A DNA stretch of 32,000 nt, from positions 180,001 through 212,000 of the forward strand of contig NC_021885.1 of assembly GCF_000441555.1 (NCBI RefSeq), read 5' to 3'. This DNA comes from Candidatus Profftella armatura. Lineage in GTDB: Bacteria > Pseudomonadota > Gammaproteobacteria > Burkholderiales > Burkholderiaceae. A program made the position numbers and the translations under genes. Within the stretch, counting starts at the first letter, position 1. Each line of letters begins with the position of its first letter. Below are positions 18,837-28,539 of this stretch, one piece after another. Below the pieces are notes generated by a model, which was not told where the DNA came from, did not search any database, and was given only the letters and a program-made list of their open reading frames with translations.

Positions 18837-20900
18837 ATGAGTTTTCATGTTAAAAAAAAAATAAATTTTTCAAAATTATCTTTTCGTGTTACTGAATTAA
18901 AAAAAGAATTACATCGTCATAATATAGCATATTATTTATATGATAATCCAATTATATCTGATAATAAATATGATCAACTACTTTTTGAATTAAAAAAAAT
19001 AGAAGAAAAATACCCAGAATTATTAACAAAAGATTCATTAACACAACATGTTGGATTAGTAGGTGGGGAGAATTCAAAATATGTACATCATACATTTAAA
19101 ATGATGTCTTTGGATAACGGTTTTTCAGATGAAGATGTTATAATTTTTAATAAACGCATTACTAATGAATTAAAATTAACTAAAAATATTGAATATATAG
19201 CAGAACTTAAATTTGATGGTATTGCAGTTAATTTACGTTATGAATATGGTTATTTAAAACAAGCTTCTACACGAGGGGATGGTAATATTGGCGAAAATAT
19301 AACAACTAATATTCATATCATACATAAAATTCCATTAGTATTAAATATAAAATATCCGCCAGAATTATTAGAAGTAAGATGTGAAGTATTAATTTATAAA
19401 AAAGATTTTATAAAATTAAATAAATATCGATATCATTTAGGTTTAAAAAAATTTACTAATCCTAGAAATGCAGCAGCTGGTATTTTACGTCAATTGAATC
19501 CAAAAATTAATAAAAATAAAATATTACATTTTTTTGCGCATGGAGTTGGGGAGTTAAGAGGAATGAATATGCCGTCTTCTCATTCTGAATTACTAAATTG
19601 GTATCAAAAAATTGGATTATCAATATGCGGTGAATATTCTGTATTATCAGGTGTTAATAAACTTATTGAATTTTATAAAAAAATAAACATTAAACGCTTT
19701 AATTTACCATATGAAATAGACGGAGTGGTTTATAAAATAAACTGTTTATCTACACAAAAAAAACTTGGATTTACATCACGAGCACCTCGTTTTGCATTAG
19801 CTTATAAATTCTTATCTAAAGAGGCTTTAACTAAAATTAAAGCAATAAATATTCAAATAGGAAGAACTGGAATTATTACGCCAGTAGCTTTACTTAAACC
19901 GGTATTAATTGACGGAATTACTATAACTCGAGCAACTTTACATAATGAATCAGAGATATATCGTAAAAATATTCAAATTGGTGATACTGTTGTTGTGCAC
20001 CGATCTGGTAATGTTATACCTAAAATTACATCATCTATTTTAAGTCTTCGTCCTAATGATTCTAAAATATTCAAAATACCAAATATTTGCCCGATATGTA
20101 ATTCAAAAATTATTTATATAGAATCTAATTTAATTGCAAGATGTAGTGGTAGTTGGATTGAATGTATTGCTCAACGCAAAGCTGGATTACAACATTTTTC
20201 ATCTAGAAAAGCAATGAATATTATTGGTTTAGGAAAAAAAATGATTGAAAAATTAGTTAACGCTAATATTGTTGTTACGGCTGTAGATTTATATAAGATT
20301 AATTTTAAAAATCTGTTAAGATTAGATCGTGTATCCAATAAATTAGCAAATAATATTTTATTAGCAATACAAAAATCAAAATTAACCACATTTTCTCGGT
20401 TTATTTATGCATTAGGAATTCGTCACGTGGGAGAAACTACAGCAAAAGAATTGGCTAATTATTTTAAGAATTTAGAATGTATGTTTAAAGCTACTGAAGA
20501 ACAATTATTAAATATTCCGAAAATTGGATCAACTACAGTGAAAGCATTTATTAAATTTATAAATCAACCATTACATCGTTTATTAATTTCTCAATTACGT
20601 GATGTCGGTATATATTGGTTAAACAATCCTAATACTAAAGGTAATAAAAATTATTTAAAAGAAAAAATTTTTGTTTTTACTGGATCTTTGTATGCGTTTA
20701 AACGTAATGAAGCTATAATATTGATAGAAAATTTAGGGGGGAAAGTTGTTAATTTTATATCAAAAAATACAAATTACCTTGTAAAAGGTCAAAAACCTGG
20801 AAAAAAACTTGAAAAAGCTATAAAACTTAATATTAAGATATTAGATGAGAAAAATTTTGTAAAAATAGTTAAAGGATTTTCTACAGAAACCAAAATATAA
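18837..20900 (+). CDS. ligA: NAD-dependent DNA ligase LigA
   Basis: 687-aa ORF. Contains the adenylation motif AELKFDGIAVNL, the Cys4 zinc finger CPICNSK...ARCSGSWIEC, an HhH region and a C-terminal BRCT domain (IFVFTGSL...). Confidence 0.97.
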   Translation: MSFHVKKKINFSKLSFRVTELKKELHRHNIAYYLYDNPIISDNKYDQLLFELKKIEEKYPELLTKDSLTQHVGLVGGENSKYVHHTFKMMSLDNGFSDEDVIIFNKRITNELKLTKNIEYIAELKFDGIAVNLRYEYGYLKQASTRGDGNIGENITTNIHIIHKIPLVLNIKYPPELLEVRCEVLIYKKDFIKLNKYRYHLGLKKFTNPRNAAAGILRQLNPKINKNKILHFFAHGVGELRGMNMPSSHSELLNWYQKIGLSICGEYSVLSGVNKLIEFYKKINIKRFNLPYEIDGVVYKINCLSTQKKLGFTSRAPRFALAYKFLSKEALTKIKAINIQIGRTGIITPVALLKPVLIDGITITRATLHNESEIYRKNIQIGDTVVVHRSGNVIPKITSSILSLRPNDSKIFKIPNICPICNSKIIYIESNLIARCSGSWIECIAQRKAGLQHFSSRKAMNIIGLGKKMIEKLVNANIVVTAVDLYKINFKNLLRLDRVSNKLANNILLAIQKSKLTTFSRFIYALGIRHVGETTAKELANYFKNLECMFKATEEQLLNIPKIGSTTVKAFIKFINQPLHRLLISQLRDVGIYWLNNPNTKGNKNYLKEKIFVFTGSLYAFKRNEAIILIENLGGKVVNFISKNTNYLVKGQKPGKKLEKAIKLNIKILDEKNFVKIVKGFSTETKI

Positions 20901-21313
20901 CTAAAAGAAATATTTCTAATATTAATTACAATAATAATAATTGAATTAAATCTCATTTAAAAAAAATTTATAAAATAGAAAAAAATTTTAAATATTAAAA
21001 ATAAAATCACTAGAACATATAAAAATATAATTCCAAGATCAATTAATTATTAATTTGTATTAATAACTGCATATTTGTATTAATTAATTTCACTTGGATT
21101 TAATATGCAATATTGTACTTGATACAATATATAAAATGTAATTAAATAAATTTTAGATAAAATACTTAAATTTATCAAAAAGAAAAAAATATATCATTTT
21201 CAAAATTAGTTATATAAAAATATTTTTTATTATTGCAAAAAAAAATAAAAAAGAATTAATAATAAAATTCAATTAATTGATAATATTCATATTCAGTATC
21301 TAAAAAATTTACA

Positions 21314-21628
21314 TTAATTTAAAAATAATAATTTTTTTAATTCTCCAGATATATGCATTTCATTCATAATATCAGACCCCCCAATAAATTTTTCATTAAT
21401 ATATAATTGGGGTATAGTTGGCCAATTAGAATATTTTTTAATTCCTTCGCGTATTTCTAAATTTTCTAATACATTAATAATAACAAAATCATTAAATTTA
21501 TTTATTTTTAATAAGTGAATTGCATGTTCAGAAAAACCGCATTGAGGAGATTTTTCAGTTCCCTTCATAAATAATGTAACTCTGTTGGTTGTGATTATTT
21601 TTTTTATTAATTTTTGTATTTTTCTCAT
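21314..21628 (-). CDS. grxD: Monothiol glutaredoxin (Grx4 family)
   Basis: 104-aa ORF with VTLFMKGTEKSPQCGFSEHAI (CGFS active site) and WPTIPQLYINEKFIGGSDI. Confidence 0.92.
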   Translation of the reverse strand: MRKIQKLIKKIITTNRVTLFMKGTEKSPQCGFSEHAIHLLKINKFNDFVIINVLENLEIREGIKKYSNWPTIPQLYINEKFIGGSDIMNEMHISGELKKLLFLN

Positions 21629-21670
21629 AAAAACCTTTTAAATATTATTATTTTAATAAAATAATTAATT

Positions 21671-22210
21671 TTAATTTAAAAATTTATTTTTATATTCTAA
21701 TGCACTAAATAAAATTTTTTCTTTAGCAATTTTACTATCCTCCCATTTTTCTATCTTAATAAATTTATTTTTTTCTAAATCCTTATAATGCTCAAAAAAA
21801 TGTTTTATTTGTTCTAAAATAAGATTAGGAATATCTTTGAATGATTTTATATTTGAATATATAGGACATACCTCATTAATAGGAACCGATAAAATTTTTA
21901 TATCTACACTTCCCGTGTCAATCATTTTTAGTAAACCTATTGCGCGACATGATATTATACAACCAGGAATTAAAGGAAATGGGGTTAATACTAAAACATC
22001 TATTGGATCTCCGTCTTCGACTAATGTTTTTGGAATATACCCATAATTACATGGATAACACATTGAAGTGCTAAGAAAACGATCAACAAGTATCATTCCA
22101 GTATTTTTATCTATTTCATACTTCACTGGATCGCTATTGGCTGATATTTCAATAATAACATTAAAATTATTTGGTAAATTCTTTCCAGGTAAAATATTAT
22201 TTAAATTCAT
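21671..22210 (-). CDS. ppa: Inorganic pyrophosphatase (family I)
   Basis: 179-aa ORF. Contains FNVIIEISANSDPVKYEIDK...LVDRFL...YPCNYGYIPKTLVEDGDPIDVLVL and DIKILSVP. Collinear with Ppa. Confidence 0.95.
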   Translation of the reverse strand: MNLNNILPGKNLPNNFNVIIEISANSDPVKYEIDKNTGMILVDRFLSTSMCYPCNYGYIPKTLVEDGDPIDVLVLTPFPLIPGCIISCRAIGLLKMIDTGSVDIKILSVPINEVCPIYSNIKSFKDIPNLILEQIKHFFEHYKDLEKNKFIKIEKWEDSKIAKEKILFSALEYKNKFLN

Positions 22211-22660
22211 ATTTAATTTTTAAATATAAGAAGATAATGTAAGATTAAATTTTTTTAAAATACTATACTCTACTATAATAGTACATTTATACTTTTAAAA
22301 CAAAAATAATAATTCTTTCTTCTAAATTCGTGATTTATACGATAAAAGTATTTTAAAAATTATTTTATTTTTTATTTTCATTTCTACGTTTAATAATTAA
22401 AATAATATTTTTAATAATTTAGAATTAGATAATATAAATATCTTAAAAATTTAAAAATATAATAAAAAAAATTTCTTCTTATTTAATCGTGTATTGTAAT
22501 ATTTTTATATTATTATGGTATTTATTATTATTTTAAATATTTAAATATTACTAAAATGTTATAAGCATATAAATTATTGTAAAAATTAATAGAAAATATT
22601 GAATATAAATAAATTTTAAAAAACAATTTTTTAAAATGAATAAAAAAATTTTAATTATTT

Positions 22661-23608
22661 TTATTTTTTTTCGTATGATTTTATAATTTCTATTGCACCT
22701 TTTTTTTTTAATAATTCTGCTGCATACAGTCCTACAGTTTCTGGTGTGTCAATAGGACCATTAACTTCTGCTGTTATTATTTTTAATCCATTAGGATTAG
22801 TTATTATGGCTCTTAAATTGATTTCAGATTCATTGAAATTATTTACCATAGCAAATGCTGCTAACGAAATTTTACAACTTCCATTAAAATTACGAGATAC
22901 AGCACGCTCAGCTTTCACGGTTTGCTCACTAAAATAGTGATTTAATGGTATTAACATTTCCATTAATTCTTTACGATTATCTAAAATTTCAATTGCTATA
23001 GCACCTTGTCCAGGAGCCGGTAAAATTTGATTCGGACTAAATAACATACGTATTCTTTTTTGTAAATTTAATCTTTTAAGACCGGCTGCTGCTAAAATAA
23101 TAGCTGCATATTCACCTTTATCTAATTTATTAAGTCGAGTGTCGATATTACCTCGTAATGATTTAATTATTAGTGAAGGAAAAAATGATTTTATTAAAAC
23201 CTTTCTACGTAAACTATTAGTTCCAACTACTGCATTTTTAGGTAAAGTAGATAAAGAAATATAATCATTTGATATAAACGCATCACGTGGATCTTCTCTT
23301 TTTAAAATAGCGCAAAGTATAAAACCACTTGGCAAATTCATAGGTATATCTTTTAATGAATGTACCGCTAAATCAGCTTTACCCTTAATTATTGCCATCT
23401 CTAATTCTTTAGTAAATAATCCCTTTTCATTTATTTTTAATGGAACTTTTTCAAAAATTTTATCACCTTTTGTTGTTATACCAAGTATTTCTACTTTACA
23501 CCATGGATATAATTCAATGATTTTTTTTCGAACATATTCTGCTTGCCATATAGCTAATCTACTTTTTCGAGAGGCAATAATTAACTTAGAAAGAAAAGAA
23601 GTTTTCAA
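22661..23608 (-). CDS. hemC: Porphobilinogen deaminase (hydroxymethylbilane synthase); TTG start
   Basis: 315-aa ORF. Contains LIIASRKSRLAIWQAEYV, ITTKGDKI, GLFTKELE, DLAVHSLKD, GTNSLRR, LRGNIDTRL and PAPGQGAIAIE. The first in-frame ATG is about 70 codons in, so the TTG at 23606-23608 is the only plausible start. Confidence 0.95.
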   Translation of the reverse strand: MKTSFLSKLIIASRKSRLAIWQAEYVRKKIIELYPWCKVEILGITTKGDKIFEKVPLKINEKGLFTKELEMAIIKGKADLAVHSLKDIPMNLPSGFILCAILKREDPRDAFISNDYISLSTLPKNAVVGTNSLRRKVLIKSFFPSLIIKSLRGNIDTRLNKLDKGEYAAIILAAAGLKRLNLQKRIRMLFSPNQILPAPGQGAIAIEILDNRKELMEMLIPLNHYFSEQTVKAERAVSRNFNGSCKISLAAFAMVNNFNESEINLRAIITNPNGLKIITAEVNGPIDTPETVGLYAAELLKKKGAIEIIKSYEKK

Positions 23609-23646
23609 GTAAAATATAAATATATTATTTTTCAGTAAATATGATT

Positions 23647-23856
23647 TTAGTATGGAACTTTTTTTAACATTTCTACACCAATTTTTCCATGTGAAATTTC
23701 ACGTAATGCTATAACGGTAACTTTATCATTATCACAACCAATTATTTTTTTAGTATGTCCTTTTAATAATTGACGCGCACGATAAACCGCACAAAGTGTT
23801 AATTTAAAACGATTATTAATTTTCTTAAGTCCATCTTCAATGGTAACACGTTCCAT
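23647..23856 (-). CDS. rpoZ: DNA-directed RNA polymerase subunit omega
   Basis: I start it at the internal ATG (23854-23856): [33 protein letters not shown]... (69 aa). AAGAGG lies 4 nt upstream of that ATG. The longer 105-aa track ORF would overlap gmk, and its extra 36 residues are low-complexity. gmk-rpoZ is the canonical order. Confidence 0.9.
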   Translation of the reverse strand: MERVTIEDGLKKINNRFKLTLCAVYRARQLLKGHTKKIIGCDNDKVTVIALREISHGKIGVEMLKKVPY

Positions 23857-23890
23857 AAAACCTCTTAAATTTAAATATAATAAAAATATA

Positions 23891-24532
23891 TTATAAAATA
23901 TTAAATTTTTTAAATAAAGAAATATTATTTTTTGCTTGATATGAAAATTTACAGCGATTTGCATTAATAATTGCTTTTAATTGTAACAAGGCTTTTGAAA
24001 ATTTATTATTGATAATAATATAATCAAATTTATTAGCATAAGAAATTTCTTTATTTGCCGATAAAATACGACGAGAAATAACATCATATTTATCTTGACC
24101 TCTTTTATATAAACGTTCTTTTAATGAATCTAAAGATGGTGGAAGAATAAAAATTCCAATAGCATTAGGAAATTTTTTTTTTATTTGTTTTGCTCCTTGA
24201 AAATCAATTTCTAATAATATATCTACATTAGATTTAATTTCTCTGACTATAGGAAAAAAAGATGTTCCATAAAAATTTCCGTGTACCTCCGCCCATTCTA
24301 AAAATTTTCCAGATTTTTGAAGTTTTTTAAAATTATCAATATTAGTGAAATAATATTCACGACCATTTTTTTCTCCTGGACGCATTGGTCGAGTTGTAGT
24401 TGATATAGATAATTTAATTTTATGATCTTTCTTTAATAATTCATTAACTAATGTTGATTTTCCTGCTCCAGAAGGAGCGGATATAATGAATATATTTCCA
24501 AACGATTTAAATGACCTAATAGGGTTTAACAT
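23891..24532 (-). CDS. gmk: Guanylate kinase
   Basis: 213-aa ORF. Contains the P-loop [37 protein letters not shown], and [12 protein letters not shown]. Confidence 0.95.
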   Translation of the reverse strand: MLNPIRSFKSFGNIFIISAPSGAGKSTLVNELLKKDHKIKLSISTTTRPMRPGEKNGREYYFTNIDNFKKLQKSGKFLEWAEVHGNFYGTSFFPIVREIKSNVDILLEIDFQGAKQIKKKFPNAIGIFILPPSLDSLKERLYKRGQDKYDVISRRILSANKEISYANKFDYIIINNKFSKALLQLKAIINANRCKFSYQAKNNISLFKKFNIL

Positions 24533-24637
24533 ATTTTAGTAAAATTTTAAAAAATTTATTTACATATTTTAAAATATTTTATAAAAATATTAACTTTTAA
24601 CAAAAATTTAATTTTTAAAAAAAATTAATTAAACCTA

Positions 24638-25813
24638 ATGAAATATAAAAGATTTAATAATTTATATATAAAAAAACTGCCACCATTATCGTTGTATATT
24701 CATTTTCCATGGTGTATTAAAAAATGTCCTTATTGTGATTTTCACTCATATGAAATAAAAAAAAATATTTCAGAAAAAAAATATTTAGAAGCACTTTTAA
24801 TTGATGTAGAATTATCTTTGCCTATAATTTTAAATAGAAAAATTCATACCATTTTTATTGGAGGAGGAACTCCTAGCTTAATATCAGATACCGGTTTAGA
24901 TTATCTATTAAAAAATATAAAAAAATTATTATTATTCAAAAAAAATATTAGTATTACATTAGAAGCTAATCCAAGTACCTTTGAAATCGAAAAATTTCAT
25001 TCATATAGTATTATTGGTATTAATAGATTATCAATTGGAATACAAAGTTTTAATAATAAATATTTAAATATACTTGGAAGAACTCACGATAGTAAACAAG
25101 CAAAATATGCTATAGAAATAGCAAAACAATATTTTAATAACTTTAATTTAGATTTAATATATGCATTACCAAATCAAACATTATCTGAATTAATGCTTGA
25201 TTTAAATTATGCAATACAATATTCTCCGCCTCATCTATCCTTATATTCTTTAACAATAGAACCTAATACTTATTTTTTTAAGTATCCTCCATTATCTATG
25301 CCAAGTAATGATGAAAATGCTGTTATGCAAGATAAAATTACTAGTTTATTAAAAAATAATTATTATAAAAATTATGAAATTTCTGCTTATTCTAAAACTG
25401 GTTATGAATCCCAGCATAATCTAAATTATTGGAAATTTGGAGATTATTTAGGTATTGGAGCAGGATCTCATTCTAAGTTATCATTTCCTAATTATATAAT
25501 TAGACAAATACGCTATAAAAACCCAAATATTTATTTAAAAAATATTTTTTCAGGTAATTCTATCGCAAAATCAAAGAAGATAGAAAAAAAATGTTTAATA
25601 TTTGAATTTATGTTAAATGCATTGAGATTAAAAGATGGGTTTTCCCCAAATTTATTTTTTGAGCGCACAGGAATTAATATAAAAATTATTGAATCTAAAT
25701 TAAAAAATGCTGAAAAACTTGGTTTATTAAAAAGAAATAATAAAAATATTAAACCAACCTCTTTTGGTAGATATTTTTTAAACGATTTACAACAAATATT
25801 TTTAAATAATTAA
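24638..25813 (+). CDS. hemW: Radical SAM family haem chaperone HemW (HemN-like, oxygen-independent coproporphyrinogen oxidase homologue)
   Basis: 391-aa ORF. Contains LSLYIHFPWCIKKCPYCDFHS (CxxxCxxC radical SAM cluster motif in the HemW/YggW context), FIGGGTPSL, NRLSIGIQSF and HNLNYWKFGDYLGIGAGSHS. Confidence 0.85.
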   Translation: MKYKRFNNLYIKKLPPLSLYIHFPWCIKKCPYCDFHSYEIKKNISEKKYLEALLIDVELSLPIILNRKIHTIFIGGGTPSLISDTGLDYLLKNIKKLLLFKKNISITLEANPSTFEIEKFHSYSIIGINRLSIGIQSFNNKYLNILGRTHDSKQAKYAIEIAKQYFNNFNLDLIYALPNQTLSELMLDLNYAIQYSPPHLSLYSLTIEPNTYFFKYPPLSMPSNDENAVMQDKITSLLKNNYYKNYEISAYSKTGYESQHNLNYWKFGDYLGIGAGSHSKLSFPNYIIRQIRYKNPNIYLKNIFSGNSIAKSKKIEKKCLIFEFMLNALRLKDGFSPNLFFERTGINIKIIESKLKNAEKLGLLKRNNKNIKPTSFGRYFLNDLQQIFLNN

Positions 25814-25844
25814 ATATAATTATATTTTATTATAAAAAATTAAA

Positions 25845-26834
25845 ATGAATATGATTAATTCAAAATACAATAAACGAAAAATATCTATTGCTCCAATGAT
25901 GAATTTAACTGATCGTCATTGTCGTATGTTTCATAGACAAATTACACGATATAGTTGGTTATATACCGAAATGTTTACAACTCAAGCTATATTAGGAAAT
26001 AAAAAACATTGTTTGGACTTTAATGCAGAAGAACATCCAATTGCTTTCCAAGTAGGTGATAATGAACCAAAAAAATTAGCTAAAAGTGCAAAAATAATTC
26101 AAAAATGGGGGTATGATGAAATTAATTTAAATTGTGGTTGTCCTTCGAATAGAGTACAAAACGGTTTTTTTGGTGCAATTTTAATGACAAAACCATTATT
26201 GGTTTCTGACTGTATTAAAGCAATGCGTGATTCTGTTGAAATTGATATAACAGTTAAACACCGTATTGGTATAGATGATATTAATTCTTATGATTTTGTA
26301 AGAGATTTTGTGGGAACTGTTTCTTCCGCTGGATGTCGTACATTTATCGTTCATGCTAGAAATGCATTTTTAAAAAAACTAAATCCTAAACAAAATAGAA
26401 AAATTCCAATCTTAAAATACAATTTTGTTTATAATTTAAAAAAAGATTTTCCTGAATTAGAAATAATTATTAATGGAGGAATCAAAACAAAAAAAGAAAT
26501 TGACTTACATTTAAATTATATTGATGGTGTTATGTTGGGAAGAGAAGCTTATAAAAATCCATTTTTAATGTCAAATTTTGATTTAAATTACTATTCAAAT
26601 TTACCGCAATATAAAATACCTACACGTATTGATATTATAAATCGTATGATATTATACATCCGCCAACAACTAAATAATAATAAAATAAAAAATATTAATA
26701 GCATAACTAGGCATATGCTTGGATTAATGAAAAATATAAAAGGATCTAATAAATTTAAACAAATTTTATCAAAACCAAACTTATTAACTATTGATAATTT
26801 TCAATTTTTTTTAAATACTCTTAATATACCTTAA
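25845..26834 (+). CDS. dusA: tRNA-dihydrouridine synthase A
   Basis: 329-aa ORF. Contains ISIAPMMNLTDRHCRMFHRQITRYSWLYTEMFT, EINLNCGCPSNRVQNGFFGAILM, ITVKHRIG, FIVHARNAFLKKLNPKQNRKIP and NGGI. These are DusA-specific motifs. Confidence 0.92.
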   Translation: MNMINSKYNKRKISIAPMMNLTDRHCRMFHRQITRYSWLYTEMFTTQAILGNKKHCLDFNAEEHPIAFQVGDNEPKKLAKSAKIIQKWGYDEINLNCGCPSNRVQNGFFGAILMTKPLLVSDCIKAMRDSVEIDITVKHRIGIDDINSYDFVRDFVGTVSSAGCRTFIVHARNAFLKKLNPKQNRKIPILKYNFVYNLKKDFPELEIIINGGIKTKKEIDLHLNYIDGVMLGREAYKNPFLMSNFDLNYYSNLPQYKIPTRIDIINRMILYIRQQLNNNKIKNINSITRHMLGLMKNIKGSNKFKQILSKPNLLTIDNFQFFLNTLNIP

Positions 26835-26866
26835 TATATTTATTAATTATTAATTATAAAAAAACA

Positions 26867-27982
26867 ATGTACAATAAATTTATTTCTTCTACTAAAGAAA
26901 TTATTTCTGAATTAAAGATTGGAAATATGATTATTTTAGTAGATTCAGAAAATCGTGAAAATGAAGGAGATATTATATTATCTTCTGATTTTGTAACACC
27001 AAATGCTATTAATTTTATGTCTAAATATGCAAGAGGTTTAATTTGCATGACATTAACAGAAAAACATTGTATTCAGCTCAAATTAGATATGATGACAAAA
27101 AAAAATAATTCTTCTTTTGGTACTAATTTTACCGTTTCAATTGAAGCGGCAAATGGAGTCACAACGGGAATTTCGGCATCAGATCGAGCACATACAATTA
27201 AAGTTGCTTCATCAAAAAAAGCTAAACCTTCTGATATCGTCCAACCTGGACACATTTTTCCTCTACAAGCTAAAAAAGGAGGAGTATTAATACGAGGAGG
27301 TCATACTGAAGCTGGTTGTGATTTAACAAAATTAGCTGGACTAACACCATCTGCAGTAATTTGTGAAATTTTAAATGATGATGGAACTATGGCACGTTTA
27401 CCAGATCTAATAAAATTCTCTAAACTACATAATATTAAAATTGGAACTATTTCTAATTTAATATGTTATCGTTATAAATATGAAAATATTATTAAAAGAA
27501 AAGCGGAATATAATATAAATACTTTATATGGAAATTTTAAAATCATTGTGTATATAGATAAAATCAATAATGACATTCATTTAACTTTAATATATGGCTC
27601 AATCAATCCTAATAAAATAATACCAATATGGCTAAATCAACAACTTTCAATATTTGATTTTTTACACGCCAAAACAAGCTCATGCACACAAAATAATATT
27701 TCTTCAATAATGAAAATAATGAAATTAATTAAAAATGGTATTTTAATTTTAGTTAATTGTGAATATTCTATAAATTCTATATTTAATCAATTAAAAAATT
27801 TTAATATAATTGACGAAAAAAATAATATTATTCAACCAAAAGATCATAAAGATACTAATTTAGTTCATATTAATAATATTAATGCGCAAATATTAAAAGA
27901 TCTTAATATCAAAAAAGTTAAATTAATGACGCATTTAAATGATATTTCACCTTTTTTAAATTTTAATATAAAAATAAAATAA
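26867..27982 (+). CDS. ribB: 3,4-dihydroxy-2-butanone-4-phosphate synthase with a degenerate C-terminal GTP cyclohydrolase II-like domain (RibBX type)
   Basis: 371-aa ORF. The N-terminal half is canonical RibB: MIILVDSENRENEGDIILSSDFVTP, MSKYARGLICMTL, GISASDRAHTI, PGHIFPL and RGGHTEAGCDL. The C-terminal half aligns with RibA but lacks its zinc and catalytic residues (see findings). Confidence 0.9.
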   Translation: MYNKFISSTKEIISELKIGNMIILVDSENRENEGDIILSSDFVTPNAINFMSKYARGLICMTLTEKHCIQLKLDMMTKKNNSSFGTNFTVSIEAANGVTTGISASDRAHTIKVASSKKAKPSDIVQPGHIFPLQAKKGGVLIRGGHTEAGCDLTKLAGLTPSAVICEILNDDGTMARLPDLIKFSKLHNIKIGTISNLICYRYKYENIIKRKAEYNINTLYGNFKIIVYIDKINNDIHLTLIYGSINPNKIIPIWLNQQLSIFDFLHAKTSSCTQNNISSIMKIMKLIKNGILILVNCEYSINSIFNQLKNFNIIDEKNNIIQPKDHKDTNLVHINNINAQILKDLNIKKVKLMTHLNDISPFLNFNIKIK

Positions 27983-28052
27983 CAATTATTTTATATTCAT
28001 TTTATAAAACTAAATATTATTAATAATTTTTAAAATAAAATATAGGAAAATT

Positions 28053-28520
28053 ATGATTATTAACAATTATAAATCAAATTTTAATGGAAGAAATTTATAT
28101 ATTGGTATAGTGCAATCACGCTTTAATCAAACAATATCGTATAAATTATTAATATCTTGTATAAATACGCTAAAAAAAATAGGTGCACAAGAAAAAAATA
28201 TATTACACATTAGTGTGCCAGGTGCACTAGAAATACCATTAGCATTAAAAAATATTGTTCAAATTAAAAAATTTAATGTATTAATTGCTATTGGTGTTAT
28301 TATTCGTGGTGAAACTTATCATTTTGAATTAATTGCAAATGAAACAATTTCTAATATTATGCAGATTAGTATTAAAAATAATATTCCGATTATTAATGCA
28401 ATATTAACTACAGAAACTATAGAGCAAGCTAATTCTCGCATCTTAACTAAGGGTATAGAAACAGCATATGCCGCAATAGAAATTGCTAATTTAATTTCCT
28501 CTATAAAAAAATTACATTAA
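28053..28520 (+). CDS. ribH: 6,7-dimethyl-8-ribityllumazine synthase
   Basis: 155-aa ORF. Contains IGIVQSRFNQTISYKLL, ISVPGALEIPLALK, IAIGVIIRGETYHFELIANE, and NAILTTETIEQA. Confidence 0.95.
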   Translation: MIINNYKSNFNGRNLYIGIVQSRFNQTISYKLLISCINTLKKIGAQEKNILHISVPGALEIPLALKNIVQIKKFNVLIAIGVIIRGETYHFELIANETISNIMQISIKNNIPIINAILTTETIEQANSRILTKGIETAYAAIEIANLISSIKKLH

Positions 28521-28528
28521 TAAAATTA

Positions 28529-28534
28529 AAGGAG
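28529..28534 (+). promoter_or_regulatory. Shine-Dalgarno AAGGAG serving nusB
   Basis: This is the strongest SD-like hexamer I saw in the window. It lies 8 nt after the ribH stop. In-frame ATT codons lie 5 and 8 nt downstream, in the frame that encodes the conserved NusB N-terminus. Confidence 0.55.
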
Positions 28535-28539
28535 AAATA

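Noticed and set aside
23857-23964. A 36-codon N-terminal extension of rpoZ (track ORF 23647-23964, [21 protein letters not shown]...).
   Set aside because: The extension overlaps the 3' end of gmk, is low-complexity, and has no counterpart in omega subunits. The internal ATG at 23856 has an AAGAGG SD 4 nt upstream and yields a canonical ~69-aa omega.
26835-26866. An FMN riboswitch (RFN element) upstream of the riboflavin genes.
   Set aside because: The dusA-ribB spacer is only 32 nt of A/T sequence. An RFN element needs well over 100 nt with conserved G/C-rich helices.
2419-27255. Short track ORFs of 60-101 aa lying antisense to, or out of frame within, well-supported genes: 2419-2718(-), 9462-9644(+), 12258-12497(-), 14108-14311(-), 18238-18543(+), 20171-20389(-), 21837-22046(+), 22746-22937(+), 26854-27048(-), 27073-27255(-).
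   Set aside because: Each is fully or largely embedded in a gene with clear family signatures (gltX, htpG, murJ, bioC-like, dksA, ligA, ppa, hemC, ribB). Their translations are low-complexity Ile/Phe/Asn/Lys-rich strings with no recognisable motifs. Such shadow ORFs are expected by chance.
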